A DNA stretch of 64,000 nucleotides from Mobula hypostoma. Taxonomy: Eukaryota. Shown in pieces: positions 10,354 through 23,972 of this stretch. The stretch spans positions 40,922,001 to 40,986,000 of the forward strand of contig NC_086097.1 in the NCBI RefSeq assembly GCF_963921235.1, in the 5' to 3' direction. The stretch's first letter is position 1, and every line of letters begins with the position of its first letter. The notes beneath the pieces were generated by a model. That model searched no databases. It was not told where the DNA came from and saw only the letters and a program-made list of their open reading frames with translations. Both the position numbers and the translations under genes were made by a program.

Positions 10354-13300
10354 GTAAGTAACAATCAGGCACTTCGATCATTTTCACCCACTGTGTTCAG
10401 AACCACATAGATCCAATCCCAGTAAAGTTCATGATTGTGTGGAGGATTGATACTTGGTTTTTGCTTTTATTGTGAAAAGAAAGAGGCAATGAGACTGAAA
10501 TAAGTGGCAGAAGAGAAATCTGTAATTGATTATTCACAAATTTCCTTCTCTGTATCTTGTTTGGAGATATGCCATTGAGCTGAGAGCCTCCTAGGACACA
10601 AGTGGTATATTATAAATGGGACACTAGCTAGTATTATAAAGGTGTGAACACCAAGGGATTGAAATGGGATCTTCATCTGTGAGAGTTATTATTGTTAGAG
10701 TCACAGTTGCACACAAACTAGTTTGGATTTAGATTTTCATTTCTGAATGTGTAGATGCAAAGATAAAAAGAAAGGGGCGGTTGCTGAAAATAACAATTCT
10801 GGTACAGAGTGTATAACTAAAATATAAACATCATGAGCTTCTCTCTCCACATTACATATTGGCACTGACCTTCAGTCTTTCTAATTCTGAATATTTCTGT
10901 TTCTTAATTAAATCAAAGCCGGCCTCAGTTTAATGCATTGAAATTATCAAAATGGTATAATTGTTTTGAAGGATTTGAAACCTTACAAATAAGACTAGAG
11001 GTCAGATCTCATCAGCAGCCATTTCCAAAGGAGACTGACACACCAGGTGCTGTGGTTTCTGATCAGAAAACTTGTGCCACAGAAAATGAGACATCATCAA
11101 TTGCTGAAGCAACTTTGTGCATCAATTGGCATGTCTGTATCTCCATACAGGAGGCATCTGTTTTTTAGGTATAGGAAGTATCTAATAAAGTGGCCAATGA
11201 GTGTATCTTTCCTTAAATAAGGAGATCAACATTGCAAATGATAGTGCACACGAAAGCCTTCTATATTTGCAGCAAGGTTCTGTGCTCCTGTTCACCATCT
11301 CCATTGCAAATGGTCAAGATTTTATTTGCCTTCCTAATTACTTTCTGTAATTGCAAGTTGATTTTTTTTATTAAAATAAATGCAATATAATTTTAAAGTA
11401 AATGTTTGCTTTAATGTAACTTAAGGATTGAAGGTACAATATGTTGCATCCTGTTTTTGAAATCTATGGGAATGGCAACCTTAGCCATTGTCCACTCTGA
11501 GCCAAGGCCTGATGTTGGAAGTATTTAATGCATTCATGTGGAATGCACCATTGTTTTGCCTATAGCAACCTTGCTCTGTGTGTTAATTAAGTATTTAATG
11601 CCTCTGTCAAGGTAGCAGATAGATGTTGATATTTAGAACCATTTAAGCTTATAGCACTGAAGGAATTTATCCAGTCCACTGTCAATTATATATGTGTAAC
11701 AGCATTTTCAAACCATTCCCACTGCCTGACTCCTCATTCCATGTTCCAGTAACCTGAGCAATTTTACTAAGTTGCACTTAATGACAATTTTAAATTAATG
11801 GGTCTCCTTGCTGGCCCTTCACTTTCTCCATCTACTTGAATCAAAATATTTAATAATTTAAATCATCTTTGTTATGCAACAGTATAAGGAATCCTTGTGG
11901 CTTCAAATGTCTTTTCTCATGAATAAAGGTTGCCACCCTGTTGTTTATATTATTAACTTTCTATGCTGTTGATATTATTTACATAATGACTGAGAGCACA
12001 CTGATACCTCTATTTGTGGCCAGGTCAGTACTTTGTACAGAAATTATTCCTCCATTCTTGAACTCTATCCTTCAGTTTGTACAGCCCAGTATGATTTGTT
12101 TTTTGTTTAACTTCCTTTTATTGAATATGAAGTTGATAAAATTGTATTCCTACTTCTTCCGCCCACACATATCTCCAGAACATTATGATGATAGCTGAGC
12201 AATGGCTTCCTGAAGACTTTGGCTTTTTGCCTGCTTTGGAAACATCAACAAATTCTGAGATGGAGTTTCGTTTTGTCAAAATGCAAGGCATCCATATGTC
12301 AAGAGCCAACAGCATGGATTTATTTCTAATCATTCTCCAGTGCAAGCAAAGAAACATTCACATTCGGCTTCAATTGATCTATCAAATTTCTTTGATTTCT
12401 TTTTAAAACACACATCTTAAATTTCTCTGATATCTCTGATTTTAATTTTAAACTTATTCCTTTGTGATACTTCTCATTTACAAATAAGTCTTCAACCGTG
12501 ATCTGCTGACTAATTTTAACCTGTATTTTTCTTAATGCTGACTGATTTTGAAATGAGGATATCATGGACAGGTAGACAGAGCTCCCCTTGAGGAGGCACC
12601 TGGATACTGTAGGTATTTACCAAAGAGACATCAGCAGTACCAATGGGAAAAGATCAAGGAAATTGAATGAATTGGATAGATTTTTTAACAAGCTAGTACA
12701 AGCTCAATGTACTGAATCCACCATGGTTTATTAATTGTGAATTTAAAATTAGCAGGTTGCATCTAATGCTCTTTACTCTAACATAATGGTAAAGAACATC
12801 AGGTCAATAATATGACAGCCATTCATATACGATCGGTAGAGTTGAATTTTTACCCCAAAGGCGTAAACAAGTTTGACCTTGTGACCAAACTGTTGATTGG
12901 CTTTTCTCTGCCTTCTATCAGGGAAAAGCTATTTACCCATGCTTATTCTGAAAACACAACACGTTTTAAGTAACTGCTTTTCATCAAGAGTGCTGTATGC
13001 ATCTCTGGTGACTACAGGATAAGAATTGTTCACTCATCTCCAAAATAATTGTTTCTTGACTAAGAAAGCTCATTTGTAGCTACTTGGCAATTAGTTTCTA
13101 ATCCATCTGTGTCCCAGATTTGAACTCTGGTGGTGCTGGCTGGCCTCAACGTGAATGTGGAGATTAATTTGTAAAGCTTATTATTCACCAGACTTGAAAT
13201 GTATTTTGTAATTTTACTGCATTTCATTTTTTTTCATCGTGAAGTGCATTAGATATGATTATTTAGTAAATGATGTTTGCTGTTCTTATATATGAGTTAT

Positions 13301-13787
13301 TTGTTTTTAATTCCAATGTTTTCTCCTATTGCAAAATGAGGATCTAGCAATTTTAGTAACTGCAATTAATTAATTTGACATGTCGGAATCATGCCCATGG
13401 CAGATAAGAAGTAATTGTCAAGTAAGTATGGTGATGAAGGGTTCTCGGGATATTTTTGGATCGAGAGAGGAGCAGCAGTATGGGGCAGAGTGTTCCAACC
13501 TTTACAACAGTGGCACAGGAGACAGAGTGCTCATGGGTCCCTAAAGGAAAACAGAAAGCTTCACCAGCTTGTTATCTTTGGAAAGACATTTGTTACATAA
13601 GGAAAGGTTCCTCACTCTGGTGCACTTCCAATTGCAGTTAGAACCCAACAATCCCATCAGAAACTGGTTTTACAACATTAACTTTATTGTGCAATGCACA
13701 GGTACACATATGTAGAAATGCAAATGAAAAATTTACTCGCAATAGCAGTAACAGTCATATAGGATTAGAGATACAACATAAACACAG

Positions 13788-14114
13788 TTAGAGTCATAGA
13801 ACACTACAGAACAGAAACAGGCCCTTTGGCCCCTCTAGTCCATTTAAGCTGCCTAGCCCATTAATCTGCACCCGGACCATAGACCTCTGTACCGCTATCA
13901 TCCATGTCCCTATCCAAACTCCTCTCAAATGTTCAAATTGAAATTGCATCCACCACTTGCACTGGCAGCTAGTTCCATACTCTCACCATCCTCTGAAAGA
14001 AGAAGTGTTCCCTCATGTTCCCCTTAAAGATTTCACCCTTCACCCTTAACCCATGACCTCAGTTGTAGTCTCACCCCGACCTCAGTGGAACAAAGCCTGC
14101 TTGCATCTACCCTA
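13788..14114 (-). mobile_element. CR1 LINE 3' end
   Basis: Homologous by eye to 9420-9750. Confidence 0.75.
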
Positions 14115-14869
14115 TTAGAAAAGAAAAATAAAGTCCATTGCAGTGTGAAGTGGTCAAAGCATTGGTATACTGTGCATGATTAGAATTGTGCAGGTTGCTT
14201 CAAGAACCGAATGGTTGAAGGGAGGAAGTTGTGCTTGAACCTGGTATCTGCTGGTTAATATGGTTAAACTGCCCTCCTTTATTATATCAGTGAAAGTCAG
14301 ATGGATCATTGTTTTCCCCAAAGATATTTAAAAATTACTGCCATTAATGGCAATGCAAAAAGTCAAATAAAATTTATTGAATTTAATTATTGTAGAAACC
14401 TGCTTTTGAGATCATTTGCCCAATGTGGCCATTATCCTTCAGATGGCACATGCTACTGATGAGTGTAAGTGGAAAACAAGTGAATTATTATTTAATGTTA
14501 CTCACTTCGTAATGCACAGCAGGAGCTATTTCAATCAGTCTCTGCTGCTCTTAAATGGACAAACACATGCATTTAAAACTGAAGAGAATAAGTATTTAAA
14601 AAAAAACAAATAATTACAAATTAACATCCTGAGGCTGTGCTAGAACGCTATGTAGAGTTTTCCATATAACTTTTAAAAACAGAACAGTTGCCAATGATGC
14701 ATGAACCAAAATGGTAAAGAAATTTTAATCATTGCTGAGCTCCGAATCACACTTGTCATGTGTTCAAGGTCCACTGAAAGTATTCAAAGATAAAATATGA
14801 AGGTAAGCTAGACAATAATATAAAAGAGGATACCAAAAGTTTTCTCAGATATATAGAGAGTAAAAGAAT

Positions 14870-16924
14870 CACAATCAGAGAATCAGAATCAGGTTTATTA
14901 TCACCGGCATGTGACGTGAAATTTGTTAACTTAGCAGCAGCAGTTCAATGCAATACATAATCTAGCAGAGAGGGAGAAAAAATAATAATAAATTAAAACA
15001 TGTTAAATTAACAAGTAAATCAATTACATATATTGAATAGATTATTAAAAAATGTGCAAAAACAGAAATACTGTGTATTAAAGAAGTGACGTAGTGTCCA
15101 AAGCTTCAATGTCCATTGAGGAATCCAATGGCAGAGGGGAAGAAGCTGTTCCTGAAAGGCTGAGTGTGTGCCTTCAGGCTTCTGTATCTCCTACCTGATG
15201 GTAACAGTGAGAAAAGTGCATGCCCTGGGTGCTGGAGGTCTTTAATAATGGACACTGCCTTTCTGAAACACCGCTCCCTAAAGATGTCTGGGTACTTTGT
15301 AGGCTAGTGCCCAAGATGGAGCTGACTAGATTTACAACCTTCTGCAGCTTCTTTTGGTCCTGTACAGGAGCTCCTCCATACCAGATAGTGATGCAGCCTG
15401 TCAGAATGCTCTCCATAGTACAACCATAGAAGTTTTTGAGCGTATTTGTTGACATGCCAAATCGCTTCAAACTCCTAGTAAAGTATAGCCACTGTCTTGC
15501 TTTCTTTATGACTACATCAATATGTTGGGAACAGGTCAGATCCTCAGAGATCTTGATACCCAGGAACTTGAAGCTGCTCACTCTCTCCACTCCTGATCCT
15601 TCTATGAGGATTGGTACATGTTCCTTTGTCTTACCCTTCCTGAAGATTACAATCAGCTCTTTCATCTTACTGACGTTGAGTGCCAGGTTGTTGCTGCAGC
15701 ACCATTCCACTAGTTGGCATATCTCACTCCTGTACGCCCTCTCGTCACCGCCTGAGATTCTACCAACAATGGTTGTATCATCAGCAAATTTGTAGATGGT
15801 GTTTAAGCTATGGCTAGCCACACAGTCATGTGTATACAGAGCGTAGAGCAGTGGGCTAAGCACATACTCCTGAGGTGCAACAGTGCTGATCGTCAGTGAA
15901 GAGGATATGTTGTCACCAATCTGCACAGACTGTAGTCTTCGGTTAGAAAGTCGAGCATCTTATTATGGAGGGAGGTACAGAGGCCCAGTTTCTGCAACTT
16001 CTCAGTTAGGATTGTGGGAATGATGGTATTAAATGCTGAGCTATAGTCGATGAACAGTATCCTGATGTAGGTGTTTGTGTTGTCTCGGTGGTCTTAAGCC
16101 GTGTGAAGAGCCATGGAGACTGTGTCTGCCGTTGACCTATTGTGTCGACAGACGAATTGCAATGGGTCCAGGTCCTTGCTGAGGCAGGGGTTCAGTCTAG
16201 CCATAACCAACCTCTCAAAGCATTTCATCACTGTCGATGTGAGTGCTACCGGGCGATAGTCATTAAGGCAGCCCACATTATTCTTCTTTGGCACTGGTAT
16301 AATTGTTGCCTTTTTGAAGCAAGTAGAAACTTCTGCCCATAGCAGTGAGAGGTTGAAAATGTCCTTGAATACTCCCACTAGTTGGTTGGCACAGTTTTTC
16401 AGAGCCATACTAGGTATTCCATCGGGATCTTCTGCTTTGCGAGGGTTCACTCTCTTTAAAGACAGTCTAACATTGGCCTCTGAGACAGAGATCAGAGGGT
16501 CATTAGGTACAGCAGGGACCTTCACAGCTGTAGTTATATTCTCCCTTTCAAACGTGCATAGAAGGCGTTGAGTTCATCTGGTAGTGAAGCATCACTGCCA
16601 TTCATGCTATTGGGTTTTGCTTTGTAGGAAGTAATGTCTTGCAGTCCCTAGATGAGTTGCTGTGCATCTGATATCACCTCCAAACTCATTCAAATTTGTC
16701 CCTTCGCCCTTGAAATAGCCCTCTGCAAATCATACTTGGTTTTCTGGTGCAGACCTGTGTTGCCGGACCTGAATGCCACAAATCTAGCCTTCAGCAGACG
16801 ACGTACCTCCTAGTTCATCCACGGCTTTTGGTTTGGGAATGTACAGTAGGTCTTTGTAGGCACACACTCATCCACATAGGTTTTAATGAAGTTGGTAACA
16901 ACTGCAGCATACTCATCCAGATTC
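14870..16924 (-). mobile_element. Rex1/Babar-clade LINE, 5'-truncated, nested in CR1
   Basis: ORFs with LNDYRPVALTSTVMKCFERLV and LSPLLYALYTHDC...KFADDTTIVG; (CTGATT)n-type 3' tail at about 14874-14892; flanking AAAGAAT repeat. Confidence 0.85.
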
Positions 16925-18267
16925 AAAGAATGGATATCGGGCCACTGGGAGATGATGATGGGGATGAAGTAATGGGGCTCAAAGAAATGGCAGACAGACT
17001 TGAGTAGTTTGCATTAGTCACCACTGTGGAAGACACCAGCAGAACACCAGAAATCCAAGAGTGTCAGTAGATAGAAGTGAGTGTAGTTGCCATTACTAAA
17101 GAGTAGGTACTTTGGAAGCTGAAAGGTCTAAAGGTAGATAAGTTGCCCGAATCAGATGGACTACACTCCAAGGTTCTGAAAGAGGTAGCTCAAGAGATTT
17201 TAGAGGGATTAGTAATGATTTTTAAAGAATCTTTATATTCTGTAATGGTTCCGGAGGACTGGAAAATTGCAAATGTCACTTCACTTTTTGAGAAGGGAGG
17301 GAGAAAGAAGGAAGGGAATTATAGGCTAGTTAGCCTGACTTCAGTGGCTGGGATGACATTGGAGTCCATTATTGAGGATGAGGATTCGTGGTATTTGGAG
17401 TCACATAGTAAAATCGGCCAAATTCAGTATGGTTTCCTGAATCTTGCCCAACAAATCTCTGAGGAAGTTACAAGCAGGATAGACAAGAGAGAGTCAGTGG
17501 ATGTTGTTAGCTTGGATTTTCAGACAGCCTTTGACAAGGTGCCGTACATGAAGTTGCTAAACTAGATAAGAGCTTATGGTATTACAGGAAAGATAATTAC
17601 ATCAATAGAAGACTGGCTGACTGGCAGGAGGCAAACAGTGGCAATAAAGGGGACCTTTTCTGGTTGGCTGCTGATGACTATTGGTGTTCTACATGGGTTG
17701 GTGTTGGAATGATTTCTTTTCAATGACCTAATTGTGGCCAAGTTTGAGGATGATATGAAGATAGGTGGAAGGGCAGGTAGTGTTGAGGAAGCATGGTATC
17801 TAAGTCCGCAGATGGATTTAGACAGATTGGGAGAATGGGAAAAGAAATGGCAGATGGAATTTAGTGTAGAAGGAATAAAGATGTAAACTATTTAGTAAAT
17901 GGGGAGATAGTTGAAAAATCCGAGTTGCAGAGGGACTTGGTAGTCCTTATGCAGGATTCCCTAAAAGGGTAATTTGCAGAATGATTCATGGTAAGGAAAG
18001 CAAATGCGAAGTTAGCATTAATTTGAAGAGGACTATAATACAAAAGCAAGGATATAACGCTGACGCTTTATAAGGCATTGGTCAGCCCACACTTGAAATA
18101 TTGTGAGCCCCTTAGCCAAGAAAAGATGTGCTCAGAGGAGATTCATGAAAATGATTTTGGGAATGAAAGGGTTAATATTTGAGGAGTATTTGACGGCCCT
18201 GTACCTGCTGAAGTTTAGAAGAATGAGTTGGGGGGGGTGGGGGGAGGTCTCACTGAATCCTATTGAA

Positions 18268-18908
18268 TTAGATTAGATTATGAGGACACTCAGTCCTCAG
18301 TATGCATTAAAAAATGATACAACATTCCTCCAGAATGATATCACAAGAAAAACACAGGACAAACCAAGACTAAAACTGACAAAACCACATATAGTTACAA
18401 CAGTGCAAAGCAATACCATAATTTGATAAAGAGCAGACCATGGGCACGGCTAAAAAAAAGTCTCAAAATTCCGATAGACTCATCATCTCATGCAGGCAGC
18501 CGAAGGGAGGAACTCTCCCTGCCATGAACCTCCAAGTGCTGCCAACTTGCCGATGCAGCACCATTGGAAGCACCCGACCGCAGTGGACTCTGAGTCCATC
18601 CGAAAACTTTGAGCCTCTGACCAGCCCCTCTGACACAGCCTCTCCGAGCACCATCCTTTGCCGAGTGTTTTGACTCTGCCCCGGCCACCGAGCAACAATC
18701 AAAGCCGAGGACTCGGGGCCTTCTCCTCCAGAGATTCTGGACCACACAGTAGCAGCAGCAGCGAAGCAGGCATTTCAGAAGTTTCACCAGATGTTCTTCC
18801 GTGCTCTCACGTCCATCTCCATCAAATCAGGATTGTGTACGGCACCCTACTTGACAAATAACAGACATCACCACTGTGAGCTACATCACGCCGCTATCTT
18901 CTCCTCCC
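18268..18908 (-). mobile_element. Short non-autonomous retroelement nested in CR1
   Basis: CR1 sequence resumes on both sides. The minus strand starts gggaggagaagatagcggc and ends in a (CTAAT)n tail. Confidence 0.55.
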
Positions 18909-19204
18909 GCCTTCTTGAAAGGCCTAGATAAGGTGGATGTGGAGAGGGTATTTCCAATAGTTGGGGGCGGTGTGAGGGAGGTGTTGGTCTAGAACCACAG
19001 GGCACAGCCTCAAAATAGAGGAACAACCATTTAGAATAGAAAGGAGGAGAAATTACTTTTGCTAGATGGTAGTAAATCTCTGAAATTCATTGCCACAGAT
19101 GACTGTAGAGTTCAAGTCATGTTAGGGGAGAAGGCAGGAGAATGGGGTTGAGAGGGATAATAAATCAGTCAAGATGACCTAATTCTGTTCCTGTGTCTGG
19201 AACA

Positions 19205-19490
19205 CATGGTAAGTGTGGTTCAGAGCTGTATGTCGGTGCCACTTCCATGCCACACTGAAGGAGTGCTGCATTTGAGTTTATGTGTTAAACTAAAATTTCA
19301 AGGCTCTATTCAAAGTAATAGCAGTGGAACTTGTCCCAATATCCTGGCCAATACCCATTCCCTAATTGATATTAGGAAAACCGAGTGCACAAGTTTTGCT
19401 TGTGGGATCTTGCTATGTACCTACGTCATAGCAAGTAATTGTTTTAATTTGTTTTATATGGATATAAGACTCTATTTGGCATCCTGAGGT
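19205..19490 (+). mobile_element. Ancient Deu-domain (SacSINE/AmnSINE-like) SINE remnant
   Basis: tcctggccaatac...gcttgtgggatcttgctatg resembles the recalled Deu domain; highly diverged. Confidence 0.4.
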
Positions 19491-20264
19491 TGAAGGTGGA
19501 ACCATTGGTATCTTGTCATAGGTGAAAATTTAATGATAAATAACTCAGTTGCAGACATACAGGGAAATAGAGAAGTGTCCACTTTAGGAGGTATTTTAAG
19601 TGAACACTTATTGGACATAAAGGTGTGCCCTCGACGTGTTTAATGATAATCAGCATGCAAATATTTCTGGAGACCCCTGTCCTGCACACACCTCTGATTC
19701 AGAGCAGAGCCCATATAGAGGAGTGGCTCTAAATTGAATTTGATGCGGTTATTAATATCTGAGTTGTCAGGTTGCCTGGTGCTGAACATTTTGGCACTGC
19801 AGGAGGCCTATTCACTACAGAATGAACAATTGTAACCATTCTGGTATCCTTTTGGATTCTCCAGAAATTTGACCCCGCACAATTTTGCTTACGTCTCTGT
19901 CACACTTCAAGTGAGATCATTTCCGATAACTTCTCATGACATCTCTGATGAAAAACTCCAAATAAAGTATCATTGATCTCATAATGATACCAATGAGGCT
20001 ATTTGACCCATCGGATGCCTACCAGCTGCCAGAGGAACATGTGTTGCCTGACTTGCCGAGTGCTTTCAAAACTACTGTCTTTTTTTAATTAAGATTTTCA
20101 GATTCTGCTACTTTTTTTGATTTTGTCACTTTACTGTTCTGACATGAGCCTTTTTGATTACTTTTTGCAAACACATGTGGACACACAATTCCTTTGCTCC
20201 ATTTAAAGCTATTAGCCTTATTATTTGGAAGGGAATCCAACCTGTGTCTTTAAAGACCAAAAAG

Positions 20265-20540
20265 GGTGAAAGGTAAAAAGTTTAAGGAGAACTTAAATGT
20301 GCGGAAACATCCTCACATAGAGGATCGTGAGCGTGTGGAACGAGCTACCAGCAAAAGCGGTGCATGTGAGCTCGAGTTCAACGTTTAGGTGAAGCTTGCA
20401 TAGGTACATGGATAGTAGGGGTATGGAGGGTTATGGTCCCAGTGCAGGTCAATGCGAATAGGTATTTTAAATGATTTTGGCATGTACTAGATGTGTTGAA
20501 GGGCCTGTTACTGTGTTGTACTTCTCTATGACTCTAAGAT
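20265..20540 (+). mobile_element. CR1 LINE 3' end
   Basis: gtgtggaacgagctacca...gaagggcctgtt...ctctatgactcta tail. Confidence 0.7.
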
Positions 20541-21899
20541 TCTAATGGATAACTTCTCAACAGCCACCACCCTTCCACCCCTCCACCTCTCAAAACTGCG
20601 TTTGAACTCCATCTAGAGTTGTGAAGCACTATAGCACAGAAACAGAACAGGCTATTTATTCCAGCTAGTCTATGCCTGCCTGGTCCCATTTCCCTGTACC
20701 CGGATCGCAGCCCTCTATACCTCCATCATCCATGTACCTAAACAAACTTCTCTTAAATGTTACACCATTTGTTACAAATGTTCCACACTCGAACCACCCT
20801 CTGAGTGAAGAACTCACCTTTCAAATTGCCTTAGGCTCCCCTCATTCTCATACGCTTCAGAGAAAAAAAAAATTCCAATCTGTTCCATGTCTCCCTATAA
20901 CTCAGGTGCACTTTCTCCCCACAATGCATTTCTCTTTGTAATCTCAAACTCCTGTTTTCAGAACTTACTTGTCTGCAAATATTCCTGTGCCATTGGGTGT
21001 TTGGGACTGATAGTTTGCAGCTGATCTCTAAGGTGCACAGTGGATTCACTCTCCCTTGTAGCCAATTTACATTGCCCAGGATAACACATTTCCCAACACC
21101 TCTGCTTTATTTTTGAGTCACAAGTTGTTTGGAAAGAGATTATACTTTGAGGTCTTGCTAGTTTCAGAGATAAAATATCCTTTGGATGATTTTATTTTAT
21201 TCCTTTCTAATTAGCTGGCAGAAAATCTATAGCATTGCTTATCTTGAAATGTGTTACCTGTAGACAATTATTTTTGCTTCTACACTACCTAAGTAGTTAA
21301 AAGTACCTGGTTATTTTGGTATATTCCAGATTGATTGGGTAAAATAAAGGTATGTATATATTTTATGTGTTTCTATCAATTCTATGATAAAGTGTATTGA
21401 TAAATAGGACAGCTGTTCACCTGACTATATGAACCCATTTTCTTGATCCACTGGGACTCTGCATTCATATAGACTTAACCAAGGCCAGAGATTATTTTAA
21501 TAAACTGAGCGATTCCCATGTACTCTGGGTAGTGATCTTTACGTAAATAGAATAGTTACCAAGGGGCCTAATAATTCATTGAAATGCACTTCATTCAATA
21601 TCTGCACACATGTCACTGTGTAAAGATTTTAAGTAAACTCAAGATCTGTGGGGAAAAAGGCTGAATGGTTTGTAGTAATGAAGGATCAGGTTTGTTGACT
21701 GGATGTTCTTCTCACAGCAGTCCTCATGTTTACATGAGCAGGGAGCAGGAACAGCAATAATGCTGTTGTTGTTGGTTCCTGTCCAAGCTACTGAAAGACT
21801 ATAAAATACCGATAAAAGCAGTACAAGTTCAGCTATAGGTCTTGCCAAGCTGTCATCTTTGCAACAGTGGTGGACTATTAAAAACGTGAAGCAAGAGTA

Positions 21900-22495
21900 C
21901 GAGGGGTTATTGATAAGTTTGTGGCCTAAGGTAGAAGGAATCAATTTTAGAAAACCTAGCACATTTATTTTTCAATGTAGTCCCCTCCTACATTTGCACA
22001 CTTAGTCCAGCGGTCGTGGAGCATATGGATCTTGGACCTCCAGAAAATGTCCGCAGATGGATGATTGATAAGTTTGTGCCTGAAGGTAGAAAGAGATGAG
22101 TTATACAGCTCTTGTTACACACACATGCAGTTCAACTCTGAGTGATTATGCAGGAAGTTTGAAATTAATAACTCATCTCCTTCTACCTTAGGCCACAAAC
22201 TTATCAATCACCCCTGATGAGTTATTAACTTCAAACTTTCTGCATAATCACCAAAGAGTTGAACTGCATGTGCATGTAATGGGAGCTGTAGAACTCATCT
22301 CCTTCTACCTTTGGGCACAAACTTATCAATCACCCCTGCTGTGGACACTTTCTGGAGGTCCAAGATCCGTATGCTCCACAACTGCTGAGCTAAGTGTGTA
22401 CATGTAGGAGGGGACTATGTTGAAAAATAAATGTGCTAGGTTTTCTAAAATTGACTCCTTCTACCTTAGGCCACGAGTTTATCAATCACCCCTCG
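21900..22495. mobile_element. Tc1/mariner-type foldback MITE, 596 bp
   Basis: TA flanks (21898-21899, 22496-22497); termini CGAGGGG...CCCCTCG; arms 21900-22177 and 22216-22495 are inverted repeats. Confidence 0.88.
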
Positions 22496-22849
22496 TATAA
22501 ATGTAGGTCTTCCTCCATGTCTTTCAAATAAATTCCACTTTCACTGAGAACGTAGTGAGCATTGAGACAAAGGCTGTTTCTTGTCTGAGCACTCTGATCC
22601 TTGATCACAGCCACACCTCTGAAGGAGGCATCATTGTGCCCTCCAGTAGGGAAAATCATTGATTTGGGTAAAGGCAGTATGCATGATGGAAGATACGCTA
22701 TTACACAAAGTGAAAGTGAAATTAAAAGGAACTAGTTATATTTACTACATTTACAATTAAAAAGGATTACTTTAAGCAATTAAATTAACATCCGCAAAAT
22801 GCTGGAGAATGCAGCATGTTAGGCACCATCTGTGGAGAGCATATAAAAA

Positions 22850-23972
22850 CAATTAGGAAGAAAGCACGGCACCGCCTCTACTTCCTTTGGTGTCTGCAGA
22901 CATTTGGAATGACAGCTAAAACGTTTACTAACTTCCATAGATGAGTAGTGGGGAGTATATTGACTGGCTGCATACAGCCTGGTATGGAAATACCAATGCC
23001 CTTGAATGGAAAATCCTACAAAAAGTGATGGATGCAAACCCTCCCAACCATTGAATGCATTGTAAACACAAAATAATCTGCAGATGCTGGGGTCAAAGAA
23101 ACACTCACAACACGCTGGAGGAACTCAGCAGGCCGGGCAGCATCCGTGGAAACGATGAGTCGATGTTTCAGGCCGGAAGGAAGGGACCTGACGAAGGGTT
23201 CCGGCCCAAAACGTCGACTCATCGTTTCCATGGATGCTGCCCGACCTGCCGAGTTCCTCCAGCGTGCATTGAGTGCAGTTACATGTAACGTTGTCGCAGG
23301 AAAACAGCATCCATCATCAGGGGCCCCCACCACCCAGGATATGTTCTCTTTTCATTGCTGCCATCAGGATGAAGCTACAGGAGCCTCAGGACTCGCACCA
23401 CCATGTTCCGGAAGAATAGTAGTAGTAGTAGTAGTCGTAGTCATACTTTATTGATCCTGGGGGAAATTGGTTTTCGTTACAGTTGCACCATAAATAATAA
23501 ATAGTAATAGAACCATAAATAGTTAAATAGTAATATGTAAATTATGCCAGTAAATTATGAAATAAGTCCAGGACCAGCCTATTGGCTCAGGGTGTCTGAC
23601 CCTCCAAGGGAGGAGTTGTAAAGTTTGATGGCCACAGGCAGGAATGACTTCCTATGACGCTCTGTGCTGCATCTCGGTGGAATGAGTCTCTGGCTGAATG
23701 TACTCCTGTGCCCACCCAATACATTATGTAGTGGATGGGAGACATTGACCAAGATGGCATGAACTTAGACAGCATCCTCTTTTCAGACACCACTGTCAGA
23801 GAGTCCAGTTCCATAACCACAACATCACTGGCCTTACGAATGATTATTACTCTTCAACCTGTTATGGTTATTATTCTACAGATTTATTGAGTATGCCCAT
23901 AAGAAAATGTATCTCAGGGTTGTATATGGTGACGTATATGTACTTTGATAACAGATCTATTTTGAACTTTGA
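22850..23972 (+). mobile_element. Rex1/Babar-like 3' fragment with nested insertions
   Basis: Homologous to 55430-56110. Contains a foldback element (23060-23266) and an opposite-strand LINE 3' end with a (TAG)n tail (23417-23843). Confidence 0.65.
23060..23266. mobile_element. Penelope-derived foldback minielement with hammerhead-core remnant
   Basis: 68-bp inverted arms at 23111-23178 and 23199-23266; CTGACGA at 23188; 11-bp TSD cattga(a/g)tgca; homologous to the Penelope terminus at 49020-49160. Confidence 0.8.

Larger units (their letters stand above)
14790..19200 (+). mobile_element. Decayed CR1 LINE ORF2, interrupted by two insertions
   Basis: ORF 17143-17565: PEDWKIANVTSLFEKG...NYRLVSLTSV...LDFQTAFDKV; 3' end near 18915-19200. 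Confidence 0.8.

Noticed and set aside
10164..10361. ORF-track start and stop as a standalone small gene (likewise 60875-61135)
   Set aside because: Splice sites and homology show these are internal MDGA2 exons. MDGA1 was considered, but the recalled MDGA2 sequence fits better.
21900..22495. CRISPR-like repeat-spacer array
   Set aside because: Eukaryotic context; the repeats are in mixed orientation, the spacers are inverted copies of each other, and TA flanks indicate a MITE.
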